Assembly: GCA_019058245.1 (NCBI GenBank)
Contig: JAHPZJ010000017.1
Location: 43,134-107,133, forward strand
Source of the DNA: Promethearchaeota archaeon
GTDB taxonomy: Archaea; Asgardarchaeota; Lokiarchaeia; Sigyniarchaeales; SOKP01
DNA: 64,000 nt
Direction of reading: 5' to 3'
The notes below the pieces were generated by a model, which ran no database searches, had not been told where the DNA came from, and saw only the letters and a list, made by a program, of their open reading frames with translations. The position numbers were made by a program, and so were the translations under genes. Numbering within the stretch: position 1 is the stretch's first letter; each line of letters opens with the position of its first letter. This document shows positions 61,984 to 64,000 of this stretch, piece by piece.

Positions 61984-63021
61984 ATGAGTCAAAACCAGAT
62001 ATTGTGTATTACTTATTTTGATCATGTAATTGGACCTAGTACTCTTTATTCTAGTGAACCGTTAACGGAATCTAATGATACTCCTGATATAAACAGAATC
62101 CTTGAATTTAATGACGAAGAAGGGACTTTTATTTTTGCATATAGAAAATATCAAACTGTGAATTATATTTTTTTTATAGATTCTGATTTGGCGCGAGGAG
62201 GCAGAGAATTAATGATGATTACTTACATGATCAAAACTGCTATCTTTAAAGATGAAATTGTAGATGTTTTTAAGTATTTAGACTCAAAAGGACCGGTTTT
62301 GGAGGATTTTGCTTCTGAGGTTAAGAGTTTAAAAGAATTAACCTCCTTCTTACATGAAAAGAAGAGTGGATTAACTGATGATTATTTACTAGAATTAGCT
62401 AATGACGATTTAAAGAGCAATTTTTTAGAGGTTTTCAATAAATATTTTATAAAATTAGCTCCTAAATATCGATTAGAAACCCCGATAAAAGATAAACGTA
62501 TTATAAAAAAAATATTTATAATTGGAGCTCCACGAGTAGGAAAAATTACATTTTTAAAGAATGTAGAATTAATTCAATTTTTAAATATCAGAAGAAATGA
62601 TTTACCAAGCAGAATTTTTGAGGTGGTTATTGAAAACCTCGAAATTTTGAATTATAATGACAATTTAAGTGATTTTGAATGTAGGGAATTTGGGAATCTT
62701 GAGAATTGTGTAAATTTCTCTCAAGGCTTTATTGTTCTGTTTAATTTATCTGATAAAAACTCAGCATTAAGAACAAAAGAGATTTTTCAAATTGTTGATA
62801 ATACTCGATTAGAAATAGAGAAAGATTTGGCTCCTATATTAATAATAGGAAATAAATTTCATAATAAAGAAAAACTTGATCCAAAATTTGTTTCTGAGAC
62901 TTTTGAAATAGAAGAATTAAAAGAGATTGGAGTCAAGATTAGATATTGTCCAATAAATATTTTAAAAGAAGATGAGAAAATTATCGATGCTTTACGATGG
63001 TTAATTAAAAGCATAATATAA
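61984..63021 (+). CDS. uDENN/longin-like domain fused to a degenerate small-GTPase domain
   Basis: N-terminal CITYFDHVIGP and LARG; C-terminal KIFIIGAPRVGKIT, GFIVLFNLS, PILIIGNK. Confidence 0.6.
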   Translation: MSQNQILCITYFDHVIGPSTLYSSEPLTESNDTPDINRILEFNDEEGTFIFAYRKYQTVNYIFFIDSDLARGGRELMMITYMIKTAIFKDEIVDVFKYLDSKGPVLEDFASEVKSLKELTSFLHEKKSGLTDDYLLELANDDLKSNFLEVFNKYFIKLAPKYRLETPIKDKRIIKKIFIIGAPRVGKITFLKNVELIQFLNIRRNDLPSRIFEVVIENLEILNYNDNLSDFECREFGNLENCVNFSQGFIVLFNLSDKNSALRTKEIFQIVDNTRLEIEKDLAPILIIGNKFHNKEKLDPKFVSETFEIEELKEIGVKIRYCPINILKEDEKIIDALRWLIKSII

Positions 63022-63161
63022 TAGAAATTCCAAAAAAGAAAGTTAAGCCCTAGAATTTTTATTAATAAAATACCCATCAAAAAAATCTTTTAAATTATTA
63101 AAGATATAATAAATAAACACAGTATAGCATTCAAACTCAAAAAACAATAGCAGAAAGAAAA

Positions 63162-63512
63162 ATGGGATTTAAAGGTATTGGATGGGGAATAGTTTTCCTA
63201 ATTACTGCAATGATATATTCTACTATTCCCACTTATTTAATAATAAGATTTTGGGTTTGGTTAAACAGTTTTCCAATATATACTTTATCATTATTCATGC
63301 TATTCTTATGGATTGTAGCTATAATTGTTGTTTTAATATATTTTGTAGCGATGATAAGAGCTTTTATTCAGAGAAATAATGAGGAAGGCTTAGGTATACC
63401 AAAAGGCGTTAAAGGCTTTGGGTTAGTTTCAAGTATAATTGTTCTCTCATTTATGTTAATTTGGTATTTTATTTTTAATCAGATTGCTTTTTTCTCCATG
63501 ATACCCCCCTAA
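63162..63512 (+). CDS. Small hypothetical membrane protein (about 3 TM)
   Basis: Three hydrophobic segments in 116 aa. Confidence 0.7.
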   Translation: MGFKGIGWGIVFLITAMIYSTIPTYLIIRFWVWLNSFPIYTLSLFMLFLWIVAIIVVLIYFVAMIRAFIQRNNEEGLGIPKGVKGFGLVSSIIVLSFMLIWYFIFNQIAFFSMIPP

Positions 63513-63589
63513 ATTATTTTAAATAAATAACACTCCTTATTATTTTAAAGATACTTATTAAAATTTAGAATATCTCGATATTTATCTAG

Positions 63590-64000
63590 TTAATGCATTA
63601 AGATTTTCAAGATTCTAATAATAAATTTTGGATTTTTTAAAATAAGTTTAAAAAAGAAAGAAAGAACAGAAGGAACTTTTAGTAGTTTAAATAGTAAGGC
63701 TTTTGGAAAGTCCATGTCTCCATAAAAAGAAATTTTATTTTCAATTTTAGTAGATTTTATTATTTGAAACAATTTATAAAAATTATCAGTGGTAAACCTT
63801 TCTAAGATAGACCGAATTAAATAATGGATTTTTAATTCTCTTCCTACAATAGATCTACACGGATTTTCATAATATTTTTGAATAGTTTTTTTTGAGAATT
63901 TATCATATGCAAAACATTTTTTAATACAGTTTGCTGCATATTTTGCTGCTATTAATAGCATAATTATTCCTCCCCCTGTACTAGCCTTAACTTGACATGC
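63590..64000 (-). CDS. Geranylgeranyl reductase-family flavoprotein (C-terminal part, 5'-partial)
   Basis: Frame is open to the window end: ACQVKASTGGGIIM matches the GDAAxQVKPxTGGGI FAD motif. Confidence 0.78.
   Translation of the reverse strand, partial: ACQVKASTGGGIIMLLIAAKYAANCIKKCFAYDKFSKKTIQKYYENPCRSIVGRELKIHYLIRSILERFTTDNFYKLFQIIKSTKIENKISFYGDMDFPKALLFKLLKVPSVLSFFFKLILKNPKFIIRILKILMH

Noticed and set aside
1-64000. Genome-wide UGA reassignment (alternative genetic code)
   Set aside because: Other long genes have no internal UGA, Trp is encoded by TGG, and TGA serves as a true stop at 1703, 4778 and 57723.

Overview
AT-rich archaeal chromosome segment, most consistent with an Asgard archaeon (Lokiarchaeia-like). 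Support for this: three tandem Rab-like GTPases, a longin protein, a uDENN/longin-pseudoGTPase fusion, and UGA-recoded selenoproteins with a eukaryote-like SECIS. Main blocks: (1) 1-8 kb, expanded PAS histidine kinases and receiver proteins. (2) 5-18 kb, an arginine/ornithine/proline catabolic island: ArcE-like arginine synthetase family protein, W-type aldehyde oxidoreductase, proline dehydrogenase-like alpha/beta, metamonad-like OTC, carbamate kinase and ornithine aminotransferase. (3) 18-38 kb, a mixed region with a frameshifted RelA/SpoT-like gene, a Cys-rich microprotein, a gene flanked by 43-bp direct repeats, the Rab triplet and an SNF2/RapA-like helicase. (4) 38-49 kb, a redox cluster: RdhA/QueG-like protein, an HdrD with an inserted NfnB/GltD module, AOR plus ferredoxin subunit, and hdrA-mvhD-fdhB-like genes. 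The ORF track breaks hdrA and misses mvhD because each has two in-frame UGA codons at conserved Cys positions; a single 3' SECIS-like hairpin follows mvhD. (5) 49-64 kb, short MCP-like paralogues, a PAS kinase, polyferredoxin, class I GAPDH, DUF2156, longin, HerA-like ATPase, an MFS transporter and a partial geranylgeranyl reductase-family gene. No rRNA, tRNA, CRISPR array or transposase was recognised. All family calls come from motif recognition by eye, not from database searches.
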